The translations under genes were made by a program, and so were the position numbers. The notes under the pieces are model-generated. The model saw only the letters and a list, made by a program, of their open reading frames with translations. It was not told where the DNA came from and made no database searches. 64,000 nt of DNA from assembly GCA_026395055.1 (NCBI GenBank), contig JAPLZK010000001.1, positions 17,527 through 81,526 of the forward strand. The letters run 5' to 3'. This DNA comes from Candidatus Uhrbacteria bacterium. GTDB taxonomy: Bacteria > Patescibacteriota > Patescibacteriia > UBA9934 > GWF2-40-263. Each line of letters begins with the position of its first letter. Position 1 is the first letter of the stretch. Below are positions 20,070 through 30,160 of this stretch, piece by piece.

Positions 20070-20195
20070 AAGATTAAATTTAGATGACACTAGTATAACG
20101 GCGAATACAGAGACTCGCAAGCATGCCGTTGCAACCATTTCATTGTTCAATGAATAGAAGATGATAGAATGCGACTATATTCTTGAATCCAATTT

Positions 20196-21833
20196 ATGCA
20201 TGCTGCTGAACTTTTTGTGAAATCTCTGGAACAAGAAGGGGTGAAATACGTTTTTGGTGTCCCTGGTGAAGAAAACCTTCGTTTTCTTGAAGCTTTGCGC
20301 ACGTCATCCATCCAATTCGTTCCAACGCGGCATGAACAGTCTGCGGGATTTATTGCTGCAACCATCGGAAGACTTACAGGAAAAACCGGAGTCGCTCTCT
20401 CAACCCTCGGACCTGGCGCAACAAACTTCATGACCGCTGCGGCATATGCGCAACTCGGCGGTATGCCCATGCTCATGATTACGGGGCAAAAACCGATTCG
20501 AAAAAGTAAACAAGGCGCATTTCAAATTATTGATGTGGTGAACATGATGCGTCCCGTTACCAAATTCACCAAACAACTTATTGATGGTGAGGCGGTAGCT
20601 GCAACCGTACGAGAAGCCTTTCGAGAAGCAGAGGAAGAGCGTCCAGGCGCTGTTCATATTGAACTTCCAGAAGATGTCGCAGATGACCTTGTAGAATCTC
20701 AACCACTGGAAGTCAAAAAAATTCGTCGACCAATTGCAGAAGAAAAAGCTATTTCACAAGCTGTTGAGCTTATTCAAAACGCCAAATCCCCTCTCCTCCT
20801 CATTGGAGCCGGAGCAAATCGTAAACTCACCGCAAAAATGTTGCGTGAGTTCATTGATAAAACAGGCATTCCATTTTTTGATACACAAATGGGAAAAGGT
20901 GTTGTAGATGAACGTCACGAGCTGTACGTCGGAACGGCTGCGTTATCTGCAAATGATTATGTGCATTGCGCGGTTGAGGCAGCAGACCTCATTATAAACG
21001 TCGGACATGATGTTGTAGAAAAGCCCCCATTCATCATGAAACGAAACGGACAAACGGTGATCCATATCAATTTCTATTCCGCGAAAATGGATCAAATTTA
21101 TTTTCCTCAACAAGAAGTCATTGGGGACATCGCAAATGCCATCTGGCAAATCAAAGAACGAATCACTCCGTCTTCACATTGGGACTTTTCCAAATTTCTG
21201 CACGCACGCAATCAGCTCTTATCCTATATTTCTTCTTCATCGATAGATCAATCCTTCCCCATTAAACCACAAACGCTTGTTGCAACCGTTCGTGAAACGC
21301 TTCCTTCTGACGGAATCGCCTGCCTTGATAACGGAATGTATAAACTCTGGTTTGCGCGACAATATCAAGCGCATGAGCCAAATACACTCCTTCTCGACAA
21401 TGCCCTTGCAACCATGGGCGCAGGTCTTCCCTCTGCAATTGCAGCCGCTATGTTATTTCCAGAGAAAAAAATTCTCGCAATCTGTGGCGACGGTGGATTC
21501 ATGATGAACTCCCAAGAAATGGAAACTGCCGTTAGACTTCGCCTCAACATCACGATTCTTTTATTAGATGACAATGGGTACGGCATGATCAAATGGAAAC
21601 AAACCGGCATGCAACTTCCAACCTTTGGCCTAGAATTCAAAAATCCAGATTTCGTGAAATATGCAGAAAGTTACGGAGCCTTTGGTCATGAATTAGAGAA
21701 GACCGAAGATCTGAAAGCCTTGATGAAAAAAACCTTTGCTGTTCCGGGCATTCACCTCATTCATATCCCCGTAGACTATTCCGAAAACGACAAAGTATTG
21801 AGCAAAGATTTAAAGAAACGTATTTGTTCCTAA
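20196..21833 (+). CDS. TPP-dependent acetolactate synthase-like enzyme (2-oxoglutarate decarboxylase-like subfamily)
   Basis: FGVPGEENL, TRHEQ, TLGPGATN, GDGGFMMN TPP motif. Confidence 0.88.
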   Translation: MHAAELFVKSLEQEGVKYVFGVPGEENLRFLEALRTSSIQFVPTRHEQSAGFIAATIGRLTGKTGVALSTLGPGATNFMTAAAYAQLGGMPMLMITGQKPIRKSKQGAFQIIDVVNMMRPVTKFTKQLIDGEAVAATVREAFREAEEERPGAVHIELPEDVADDLVESQPLEVKKIRRPIAEEKAISQAVELIQNAKSPLLLIGAGANRKLTAKMLREFIDKTGIPFFDTQMGKGVVDERHELYVGTAALSANDYVHCAVEAADLIINVGHDVVEKPPFIMKRNGQTVIHINFYSAKMDQIYFPQQEVIGDIANAIWQIKERITPSSHWDFSKFLHARNQLLSYISSSSIDQSFPIKPQTLVATVRETLPSDGIACLDNGMYKLWFARQYQAHEPNTLLLDNALATMGAGLPSAIAAAMLFPEKKILAICGDGGFMMNSQEMETAVRLRLNITILLLDDNGYGMIKWKQTGMQLPTFGLEFKNPDFVKYAESYGAFGHELEKTEDLKALMKKTFAVPGIHLIHIPVDYSENDKVLSKDLKKRICS

Positions 21834-21839
21834 TTTCCT

Positions 21840-23204
21840 ATGTCTCTCACTTCCACCAATCCAACCACTGGAAACATGCTAAAGGAATATCCGGAACTCA
21901 CAGACACAGAGCTTGATGAAAAACTCACCCTCGCAGAATCGCAATTCGTGTCTTGGAAAAAAACATCTTTTGAAGAACGTGCAAATCTTTTTTTAACGCT
22001 CGCGGGATTATTCAAATCACGCGGAACAGAAATTGGAACACTTGCAACGCAGGAAATGGGAAAACCGCTCGCGCAAGCCATCGCAGAAGTAGAAAAATGT
22101 GCGAGCGTTTGTGAATATTATGCGCATCATGCCGCAACCATTCTTGCAGAAACTTCCATTGCATCTGATGCATCTGAAAGTTATGTCCGTTTTGATCCAA
22201 CAGGCGCTGTCCTTGCCGTCATGCCTTGGAATTTCCCCTTCTGGCAGGTTATGCGATTTGCGGCTCCTGCACTCATGGCGGGAAACGTTGGGCTTTTAAA
22301 ACACGCCTCAAATGTTCCGCAATGCTCCGAAGCTCTCGAAGATTTATTTTTGGAGGCGGGATTCCCTGTTGGGGTTTTTCAAAATCTCTTAATCGGTTCT
22401 GCAAAAGTTGAACGTGTCATTCGTCACAACATCGTTCAGGGCGTTGCGCTTACAGGCAGCGAATTTGCAGGAAGCAAGGTTGCCGCGCTCGCCGGCTCTC
22501 TCATTAAGAAGACCGTCTTAGAGCTTGGCGGAAGTGATCCATTCATCGTTCTTGAAGACGCCGACATCGAAACGACGGCCGCCGCTGCGGTGAAAGCACG
22601 CTTTCAAAACAACGGTCAAAGTTGTATTGCCGCAAAACGATTTATTATTGTAGACGCCGTTTATGATGCGTTCCTTTCTGCATTCAAAACAAATGTAGAA
22701 GCACTTGTCATTGGGGATCCAATGGATCTAACCACAGCGATTGGCCCAATGGTGAACAACTCCTCACGAGCAGAAATTGAAAAACAAGTTGCGGATTCCG
22801 TTGCGCTTGGGGCAGTTATTGAAACAGGTGGCGCATACCTTGAACGACCCGGATTTTATTTCGCTCCAACCATTCTTTCCAACGTGAAATCTGGAATGCC
22901 TGCGTATCATGATGAACTTTTTGGGCCGGTTGCATCCGTCATTCGAGTAAAAGATGCGGAAGAAGCCATCCACGTTGCAAACGATACCGTCTTTGGACTT
23001 GGTTCTAGCATTTGGACCAAAAATCTGGAGCTCGCAAAAGAACTGGCTCCACGCATTCGTGCGGGATCTGTCTTTGTGAATGGAATGGTGAAATCCGATG
23101 TGCGTCTTCCATTCGGAGGAACAGGAATTTCTGGATACGGACGAGAACTCTCAAGTTATGGAATCCTCGAGTTCGTAAATATCAAAACCGTGTGGGTGAA
23201 ATAA
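21840..23204 (+). CDS. NAD(P)-dependent succinate-semialdehyde dehydrogenase family
   Basis: MPWNFPFWQ, LELGGSDP, GQSCIAAKR, ELFGPV. Confidence 0.92.
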   Translation: MSLTSTNPTTGNMLKEYPELTDTELDEKLTLAESQFVSWKKTSFEERANLFLTLAGLFKSRGTEIGTLATQEMGKPLAQAIAEVEKCASVCEYYAHHAATILAETSIASDASESYVRFDPTGAVLAVMPWNFPFWQVMRFAAPALMAGNVGLLKHASNVPQCSEALEDLFLEAGFPVGVFQNLLIGSAKVERVIRHNIVQGVALTGSEFAGSKVAALAGSLIKKTVLELGGSDPFIVLEDADIETTAAAAVKARFQNNGQSCIAAKRFIIVDAVYDAFLSAFKTNVEALVIGDPMDLTTAIGPMVNNSSRAEIEKQVADSVALGAVIETGGAYLERPGFYFAPTILSNVKSGMPAYHDELFGPVASVIRVKDAEEAIHVANDTVFGLGSSIWTKNLELAKELAPRIRAGSVFVNGMVKSDVRLPFGGTGISGYGRELSSYGILEFVNIKTVWVK

Positions 23205-23241
23205 AAAAAGACGACTCATACGTGGGTCGTCTTTTTTTATT
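23202..23241. terminator. Bidirectional intrinsic terminator
   Basis: AAAAAAAGACGAC..GTCGTCTTTTTTT between convergent genes. Confidence 0.75.
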
Positions 23242-25757
23242 TAGAATCCATGCTTACGGTAAAAAAGTCGTTTCCCAATTTCTACAATCAACAAATAGAC
23301 GAGGACAAGACCTATGATAAGGAGCACGATCGGGAATGGTAATGGGGAAAAGTGAAGCAATGTTCCGATTGGGGTGTATGGAATAATCCAACCAACAGCC
23401 AAACACGCAAACGTACTCAGGAACAACCACTTACTTGGACGACTTTGTAAAAATGGAATCTTACGCGTTCGAATAATATGAATCACGAGCGTTTGGGTCG
23501 CGAGCGACTCCATAAACCACCCTGTTTGAAACACAGATTCAGAAACATGAAAAATGGAAAACAATAAGATGAATGTTGCAAAGTCGAAGAGCGAACTGAT
23601 GAGTCCAAATGTATACATGAACTTTTTCAATCGTTTCAGATCCCATTTGCGTGGTGTACGAATCCAATCTTCATCTACGTTATCAGAAGAAATCGTGAGT
23701 TGAGAAACATCGTAAACAAAGTTGTTGAATAAAATTTGAATCGGTAACATCGGTAAGAATGGAAGATAAAACACAGCTCCAAGAACAGAAAACATATTTC
23801 CGAAGTTCGAAGAAAGTCCCATCATGATGTATTTCATGGTGTTTCCAAACGATCTTCGACCTTCAATCACCCCACGTACAATCGATTCCAATCCTTTTTG
23901 TGTCAAAATAATATCCGCTGATTCTTTTGCTACATCCACAGCTGTATTCACCGAAATTCCCACATCTGCCGTCTTAAGCGATGGTGCATCATTGATTCCG
24001 TCCCCCATGTAACCAACCACATGCCCACCTGATCGAAGCGCAATGATCACCCGATTCTTTTCATCTGGAGAAAATCGCGCAAAGATGGTTGTCTCTTCTG
24101 CACGTACTCTAAGCGCATCATCCGTCATGGTTGAAATTTCTTTTCCGAGCAAAATTCCTTTCATAGGAAGTCCGATATCTGTACAAACTTTTTTTGTAAC
24201 AAGTTCGTTGTCTCCCGTAATAATTTTCACTTCGATTCCGTATTGTTCCAATTCAACAAGCACGCCCTTTACATCTTTTTTTGCCGGATCGAGAAACGAC
24301 ACAAATCCCATAAACGTGAGATCGGATTCATCTTCTTTTGCGTATTGCTCCTTCACCTCAACGTGTGATCGAATGGCAACCGCAAGCACACGAAATCCAT
24401 CGGCACTGAGTGATTCATAATACGCGATGGCTTTCGCATACAGTTCTTTCCCGAGCACACCTACACGATCACCCTGATGATACATCGTGCATTTCGCTAG
24501 AACTTCTTCTGGCGCGCCTTTTGTAATAAGCGTGCGGCCCTCTGGTCCTTCCACCGCAACACTCATGAGCTTACGCACAAAGTCGAATGGAATTTCTTCC
24601 ACCTTTTTATAGGCAGAAATATCTTGTCCATCAAAATCAATCACGGCTTTATCAAGCGGATTCTTTACACCCGTTTGATGAAAGCTATTTAAATAGGTGT
24701 ACAACAAAACGCGATCATCTTTTGCTCCAAACCCATCTGTAAATGTCACGAGTTGAATTTTATCTTCTGTGAGCGTTCCTGTTTTATCTGTGCACAAGAT
24801 ATCCATGCTTCCAAAGTTTGGCATCGCGGATAATCGTTTTACGATCACCCCGTCTTTTGCCATGCGCTCAGATCCACGTGCCATGGTCACGGACATAATA
24901 ACGGGCAAAAGCTCTGGGGTCACTCCAACGGCAATCGCCACCGCAAACATGAAGGACTCAAGAATGTCACGATGCATGAGCGCTTGAACAAGAAAGATTG
25001 TCATCACCAAAAACAAAATAATTTTTGAGATGAAAAATCCAAAGTGATCGATTCCCAACTCAAAATCACTCTTGTCTTGTTTTTTCAAAAGTGTCTCCGC
25101 AATTTTTCCAAACTCGGTTTGTTTTCCTATGGCAAAAACAACCGCACGTGCCGTTCCACTTACAACAGAAGAGCCAAGAAATAAGACGTGACTTGCTTCA
25201 TCTGTTCCAAACCCGCACGGATATTTTTCTTTTGGAAAGGATTCTCCTGTGAGCGCTGATTGATTCACGAAAAAATCATCTGCTTCAAAGACAATGGCGT
25301 CTGCGGGAATCAAATCTCCGGAACTCAAAAAAAGAATATCCCCAACACATACCTCCACGATCTTTATTTCTTTTTTTTCTCCCGATCGAATGACGGTCGC
25401 CGTTGCACTTACCTTATCTTTTAATCGTTTTGCCGCATTCCCTGCACTGTGTTCTTCAAAGAAATCCAAACACACACTCGCAAGAATCATGATCGTTACA
25501 ATCATCGAATTTGTAACCTGACCGAAATAAAGGGAGATCGCCGTTGCCGAGATCAAAATCAAAATGAGCGGACTTTTAAAATGAGAAAGAAATTCTAAAA
25601 CGATTCCAATTTCTTTTTTGTCAGAGATGGAATTTGGTCCATCTGTTTGAAATCGATGAAACACCTCAATATCTACAAGACCTTCTTTTGAGGTTTTTAA
25701 ATCAGAAAAGAGTTGTTCCGTAGAACAGGTGGCGTATTTTTCAGAAAGTTGGGACAT
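23241..25757 (-). CDS. mgtA: Magnesium-translocating P-type ATPase
   Basis: TGES, TPELLP, DKTGT, GDGIND, SSNFGNMFS, QTGWF.ES. Confidence 0.9.
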   Translation of the reverse strand: MSQLSEKYATCSTEQLFSDLKTSKEGLVDIEVFHRFQTDGPNSISDKKEIGIVLEFLSHFKSPLILILISATAISLYFGQVTNSMIVTIMILASVCLDFFEEHSAGNAAKRLKDKVSATATVIRSGEKKEIKIVEVCVGDILFLSSGDLIPADAIVFEADDFFVNQSALTGESFPKEKYPCGFGTDEASHVLFLGSSVVSGTARAVVFAIGKQTEFGKIAETLLKKQDKSDFELGIDHFGFFISKIILFLVMTIFLVQALMHRDILESFMFAVAIAVGVTPELLPVIMSVTMARGSERMAKDGVIVKRLSAMPNFGSMDILCTDKTGTLTEDKIQLVTFTDGFGAKDDRVLLYTYLNSFHQTGVKNPLDKAVIDFDGQDISAYKKVEEIPFDFVRKLMSVAVEGPEGRTLITKGAPEEVLAKCTMYHQGDRVGVLGKELYAKAIAYYESLSADGFRVLAVAIRSHVEVKEQYAKEDESDLTFMGFVSFLDPAKKDVKGVLVELEQYGIEVKIITGDNELVTKKVCTDIGLPMKGILLGKEISTMTDDALRVRAEETTIFARFSPDEKNRVIIALRSGGHVVGYMGDGINDAPSLKTADVGISVNTAVDVAKESADIILTQKGLESIVRGVIEGRRSFGNTMKYIMMGLSSNFGNMFSVLGAVFYLPFLPMLPIQILFNNFVYDVSQLTISSDNVDEDWIRTPRKWDLKRLKKFMYTFGLISSLFDFATFILLFSIFHVSESVFQTGWFMESLATQTLVIHIIRTRKIPFLQSRPSKWLFLSTFACLAVGWIIPYTPIGTLLHFSPLPFPIVLLIIGLVLVYLLIVEIGKRLFYRKHGF

Positions 25758-25760
25758 AAA

Positions 25761-27011
25761 TTAACAATGTTCTCCAGCGAGATATCCTGTTGTCCAACAA
25801 AGTTGGAGAGAAAATCCCCCGGATGGGCGGCGAATATGTAAAAGATCGCCTGTCACATACAGATTATCATATTTCTTTGTCGCACACGTCTTTGGGTCAA
25901 TCTCGGAAAGAGGCAATCCGCCATCTGACACAATCGCAAGATCGTTTCCCATGAGTCCTTCGATGGAAATCGTGAGGGATTTCATGGTTTGCACAAGAGC
26001 TTTGCGATCTTCTTTCTTTAGGCTATGCACTTTCATCATCGGATCAATTGATTTGATTTGTGACAAGATTGCGTCTGACATGCCGTCAGGAGCGAATGCT
26101 TTAAACACATTTTTGAGAGATTTATTTTTGTTTGCATCAAAAAATTCAACGAGCTGTTCATCAAGTGCGCCATGATCTGTATCTGGAAACGCATCAACAA
26201 GTGCAGTCACTTCCCCTTCGTGAAGGGCATCAGCGATTTTCGAGGACGCATTCAAAATAGTAGGACCAGACAAACCAAAGTGCGTAAACAAAATACGTCC
26301 TTTCAAAACAAAGGATCGCATTCCATCTACGAAGAAGGTGATACGCGCTGGATCAAGAGAAATTCCGGACAATTTTTTCACCCATTTTTCCGTGACGGCA
26401 ATTGGGACGAGAGTTGGTGTTGGATTTTGGACTTCAAACCCGAGATCCTTCAACCATTTAAATCCGTCTCCGGTTGATCCGGTTTCTGGATGAGACATTC
26501 CACCGGTCGCAAGAATAAATGCGTCGGCACGGTATTCATTCTTTCCAACAAACACTTTTTCAATATGTCCGTCTTTACCAACAATCTTTGTCACAGGCGA
26601 ATTTGTTTTGATCTCGACCGCTCCGTCGACCATGTATTTTTCCAAAACCAAAAAGACATCGAATGCTTTCTGCGTTTTTGGAAACGCACGTTTGTGCGCT
26701 TCGATTACAAGCGGCAATCCCCGTGATGGGAAAAACTCGAACGTTTGTTTTACACCGAAGATGGAAAATGGCGAGTAGAGAAATTTCTCGGCAGCACCAT
26801 AATGTGGAAGTAAAACGTGCGGATCCTCTTCAGCATTCGTAATGTTACATCGCCCACCACCCGAGATTTTTAACTTCTCCCCGAGCGCTTTATTTTTCTC
26901 GAGCAACAAAACTTTTTTGCCCCGAGCGGCTGCGCGACCTGCACACATCATGCCAGAGGCTCCACCACCAATCACAATGACGTCGTACTTTTTTTGATTT
27001 TTTGTTGTCAT
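25761..27011 (-). CDS. HI0933/BaiN-family flavoprotein
   Basis: GGGASG, KISGGGRCNITN, GSTGDG, LFTHFGLSGP, GGFSLQ. Confidence 0.92.
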   Translation of the reverse strand: MTTKNQKKYDVIVIGGGASGMMCAGRAAARGKKVLLLEKNKALGEKLKISGGGRCNITNAEEDPHVLLPHYGAAEKFLYSPFSIFGVKQTFEFFPSRGLPLVIEAHKRAFPKTQKAFDVFLVLEKYMVDGAVEIKTNSPVTKIVGKDGHIEKVFVGKNEYRADAFILATGGMSHPETGSTGDGFKWLKDLGFEVQNPTPTLVPIAVTEKWVKKLSGISLDPARITFFVDGMRSFVLKGRILFTHFGLSGPTILNASSKIADALHEGEVTALVDAFPDTDHGALDEQLVEFFDANKNKSLKNVFKAFAPDGMSDAILSQIKSIDPMMKVHSLKKEDRKALVQTMKSLTISIEGLMGNDLAIVSDGGLPLSEIDPKTCATKKYDNLYVTGDLLHIRRPSGGFSLQLCWTTGYLAGEHC

Positions 27012-27052
27012 ATAGTGCCCACATCATCAAACAAAAAACCCTAACGTGCAAG

Positions 27053-27724
27053 TTAGGGCAGATAAAGGTCGCGAAGACGCGAAGAAAAGAGTGTTGATTT
27101 GGCAAGCTTACGAAGTGCAGATTGTTCGATCTGACTAATACGTTCTTTCGAGACACCAAATTCAAGACCGATCTCTGGTTGTGTTTGTCCGTCTGGATCC
27201 TGTGCGCCACACATGCCCACAAAACCGAAACGCCGACACAAAACCTCTCGTTCTCGATCGGTCATTTTTACGGTCATGATTGCCTCTTCAACAATCTTTC
27301 GACGTTCGTCGGAAAAAAACTGTGCAAACGAGGGATCATCACTCACATGAGGAGTTGTTGTTGCCTCTCTTTTCCTGGGGTCTGTCATGCGATCGAGGAA
27401 CGTCTCCGATGGATCTTCCCCAATTTGGCGATCGAGCGAATAAAATTTCCGCACCTTGTATTTATGTCGTCCTCCTTCACGTACACGACGAAGCGCCGGC
27501 TGTTTCACAATAGACTCTTGAATCGTGGCGCGAATTTTGGACATCGCGTGTCCGGCAAAACCGCCGAGTTCTGGTTTGAATGTTTGGAGCGCGCGCCACA
27601 AACCAATTCGACCATCCTGGCGCATTTCATCAAACGTAATTCCGTAGAAACACGCCCATGCCTGCTGCATAGCCACCTTTACGGCAAGTCCTTCATTTTG
27701 CTTGATGACTTGATCAATCTCCAC
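27053..27724 (-). CDS. Alternative sigma-70 family RNA polymerase sigma factor
   Basis: Region 2 (QDGRIGLWRALQTF) and region 4 (EIGLEFGVSKERISQIE). GTG start at 27724 after GAGGAGG. Confidence 0.85.
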   Translation of the reverse strand: MEIDQVIKQNEGLAVKVAMQQAWACFYGITFDEMRQDGRIGLWRALQTFKPELGGFAGHAMSKIRATIQESIVKQPALRRVREGGRHKYKVRKFYSLDRQIGEDPSETFLDRMTDPRKREATTTPHVSDDPSFAQFFSDERRKIVEEAIMTVKMTDREREVLCRRFGFVGMCGAQDPDGQTQPEIGLEFGVSKERISQIEQSALRKLAKSTLFSSRLRDLYLP

Positions 27725-27761
27725 GTGATACCCCTCCTCTTTAAACAAAGAACAGGTCAAA

Positions 27762-27826
27762 AATATACGTGATATGTACGTATTCGTCAATGAATCATTG
27801 ACAAAATTGCAAAAATGCCTTACACT
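27762..27826. promoter_or_regulatory. Back-to-back sigma70-type promoters
   Basis: Plus strand TTGACA(27798)-17-TACACT; minus strand TTGACG(27790)-17-TATATT. Confidence 0.65.
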
Positions 27827-27876
27827 TCCCAGTCGTTTAGACGCCCAGTACGACATGGGCACAAGGAGAGTGACAC

Positions 27877-28422
27877 ATGAAGCGAGTCCTTTGTTTGGTT
27901 TCTCTGGCAATTTGTCTGCTTTCGACGCAAGCGTTTGCAAAATCGGACAAGCCCATTCGGCCAGCGCATGACACGTCCTCAAACACGGACCTCTACAAGT
28001 ACGTCTGGCACTGCACCTTCACGGTGACACCAGACCGCAAGACCATTGCGTCTTGCGCGCCCGGCAAGTTCAACAACGCCCGGAAGTTCATTCCCGTTCC
28101 CGTCCAAAAGGATCACCACACGATTTCGAATCGCGTCGTGAAGTTCCTGACTGGCTTTTACGGAAACGAAACGTATCCGTACGAGGATGCCAAATCCAAG
28201 AAGCCTGTCGCGCGACCGGAACGATGTGAATTCGAACTGACCCACGGCGAAACAGCGAATCCGAATGACACGGCTGTCGTTCACGTTCGCTCCGGAACAT
28301 GCCCCCTCACAAGTCCTTCCGAACAGTTTTTGTTCCAAGATCGTCTGCTCAATGCTCTGAATGACATCGTCTATGAGCGCGGCGACGTTCCGGGCGGACT
28401 CGCAGAAAACAACGACGACTGA
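27877..28422 (+). CDS. Hypothetical secreted protein
   Basis: AAGGAG SD, signal peptide (AFA), four Cys in the mature part. Confidence 0.75.
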   Translation: MKRVLCLVSLAICLLSTQAFAKSDKPIRPAHDTSSNTDLYKYVWHCTFTVTPDRKTIASCAPGKFNNARKFIPVPVQKDHHTISNRVVKFLTGFYGNETYPYEDAKSKKPVARPERCEFELTHGETANPNDTAVVHVRSGTCPLTSPSEQFLFQDRLLNALNDIVYERGDVPGGLAENNDD

Positions 28423-28500
28423 TTCTCTCTGACTCGATCACCATCGAGTTTTTTTATTCTCACAAATAAAAAACCTCGAGAACAAACTCGAGGTTTACCT

Positions 28501-29502
28501 TTAAACATGAAACTCACCGTCCTGATAAACAACCTCGTCGTCGATCATGATGCGATCAATATCCACAAACACATCCACATGATATCTCCCTTTCTTACGG
28601 TGCAGTCCTGGCTTTGCATAAATGGTGTGTTTTGCACCGAGTGATAAGTGCATCCCATGTTGTCTTTCAAAGGCGGTAATGTCGTAAACAATTTTGTCTT
28701 TGCTCATCGCACGGTTGAGTCCGAGTCCTAACTCGCGAACAATCACATCTTCATCCTCGCGAATGCGATCAAGAATGTCTTTGAAATCTTGTGGCGCGTC
28801 AGGCGCGTTCAAAATTCCATTCTCGACAATCACCTTAAACGGTTCAACGATCTGAATGTAGTGGTCTTGGTTTGCGTACCCAAAAATCATCGCTTCCCCA
28901 TTTACCCTTGTGAGGTCGCGTGCTTCGGTAAAAACTTCTCCGATCGGAAATGTTCCTCCAACATTTTTCATGTCTGAATAATCTCCGATATTCAATTTTG
29001 TTGGTTCCATTCCTGTGTCATACGTAAGAGTTGTGCCAGGACATTCAACAACAACTTTCGAGCATGTGTCGAGACGTTTCTTCAGTCCGTGTCCTTTTTC
29101 ATGATAAAACGCTTTCTCATATGCAAGCGCTTCAATATACACCGGAAACTGTGGTTCTTGGATTCTTGCGAGGTGAACATGCTCGATCGTTTTTAATCCA
29201 CGTGCAAACAATTCGATACGAATGCGAAATTCGTTTAAGCGAAAGTTCATGGACTGCACAAGCACAACAAGATCACCTTCTTTCAGCGATCGCATTTTTT
29301 GAATGACCTCTTCTGGCGTGACAGAATCGAAATCGAGGAACTCGCCATTTGGAAGCGCACCGCGATAACCATCCGTAATAATTTTCGTAAGTGGAGCGAT
29401 GGTATCAAAAATTACAAGCGCGTGTTCACTTGATTGGAGTTGAATGGCATCGTTCACGATGTCTGTCAGATGTTTTGTTGCAAGTTGTGTGAGGTCATTC
29501 AT
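28501..29502 (-). CDS. M29/leucyl-aminopeptidase-like metallopeptidase
   Basis: FPIGEVF, RELGLGLN, GMHLSLG, HVDV. Confidence 0.7.
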   Translation of the reverse strand: MNDLTQLATKHLTDIVNDAIQLQSSEHALVIFDTIAPLTKIITDGYRGALPNGEFLDFDSVTPEEVIQKMRSLKEGDLVVLVQSMNFRLNEFRIRIELFARGLKTIEHVHLARIQEPQFPVYIEALAYEKAFYHEKGHGLKKRLDTCSKVVVECPGTTLTYDTGMEPTKLNIGDYSDMKNVGGTFPIGEVFTEARDLTRVNGEAMIFGYANQDHYIQIVEPFKVIVENGILNAPDAPQDFKDILDRIREDEDVIVRELGLGLNRAMSKDKIVYDITAFERQHGMHLSLGAKHTIYAKPGLHRKKGRYHVDVFVDIDRIMIDDEVVYQDGEFHV

Positions 29503-30110
29503 AAAAGAAGAAAAAGTTGTTTGCGCGTTGATTCTGGATCCGTGTGCGTGATGGCTTGTCCACCGAGTTCTATAAAGAGATCTGTCGTGCTCTTTGTGTC
29601 GTCGATAAAAATCGTGTTTTCAATAGGAACTCCGAGAATATCGGCGACGTACTGGAAGAGCTTGCCATGTTCGTCTTGTTTAAGCAATCCATGATCCGCG
29701 GAATTGAAAATCTCATCGAAAAGCTGATCAAACTTCTGATACGGAACCGTGACTTCAGAAAAGATGTCCATATTGTCGGAAACGATCGCGATCTTGAATC
29801 CTTTTTCTTTGAGCTCGCGCGCGAGATCGATCATTTCGTCAATAATCTTCATTCGTTTCACACTCTCGATAAATAGTTGATCGAGAAGCAAGCGATCCAT
29901 TCCTGTTTCTCCCACGATCCGATCGTGAAGTATGCGCCAAGTTGTTTTGCCGCGCATCCAATCACGCACAAGCTCATGGTCACCAAAAATTGTTTGTGAA
30001 ATCCACTCACTCACTTCTTTATGATCAGGAAGTAAGGTCGATTCATAAAAATGGTCGTGTGAGAGCACATGATGAAAATCAAATAGAAAGGCACGCGCGT
30101 CTCGTTTCAT
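29499..30110 (-). CDS. HAD-like hydrolase
   Basis: LFDFHHVL, VSDN, LLK, IFIDD. Confidence 0.8.
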   Translation of the reverse strand: MKRDARAFLFDFHHVLSHDHFYESTLLPDHKEVSEWISQTIFGDHELVRDWMRGKTTWRILHDRIVGETGMDRLLLDQLFIESVKRMKIIDEMIDLARELKEKGFKIAIVSDNMDIFSEVTVPYQKFDQLFDEIFNSADHGLLKQDEHGKLFQYVADILGVPIENTIFIDDTKSTTDLFIELGGQAITHTDPESTRKQLFLLL

Positions 30111-30160
30111 ATGAAAGCTATTCTATCGGCTCGACAAAGAACCGTCCAAAAAAACATCCG

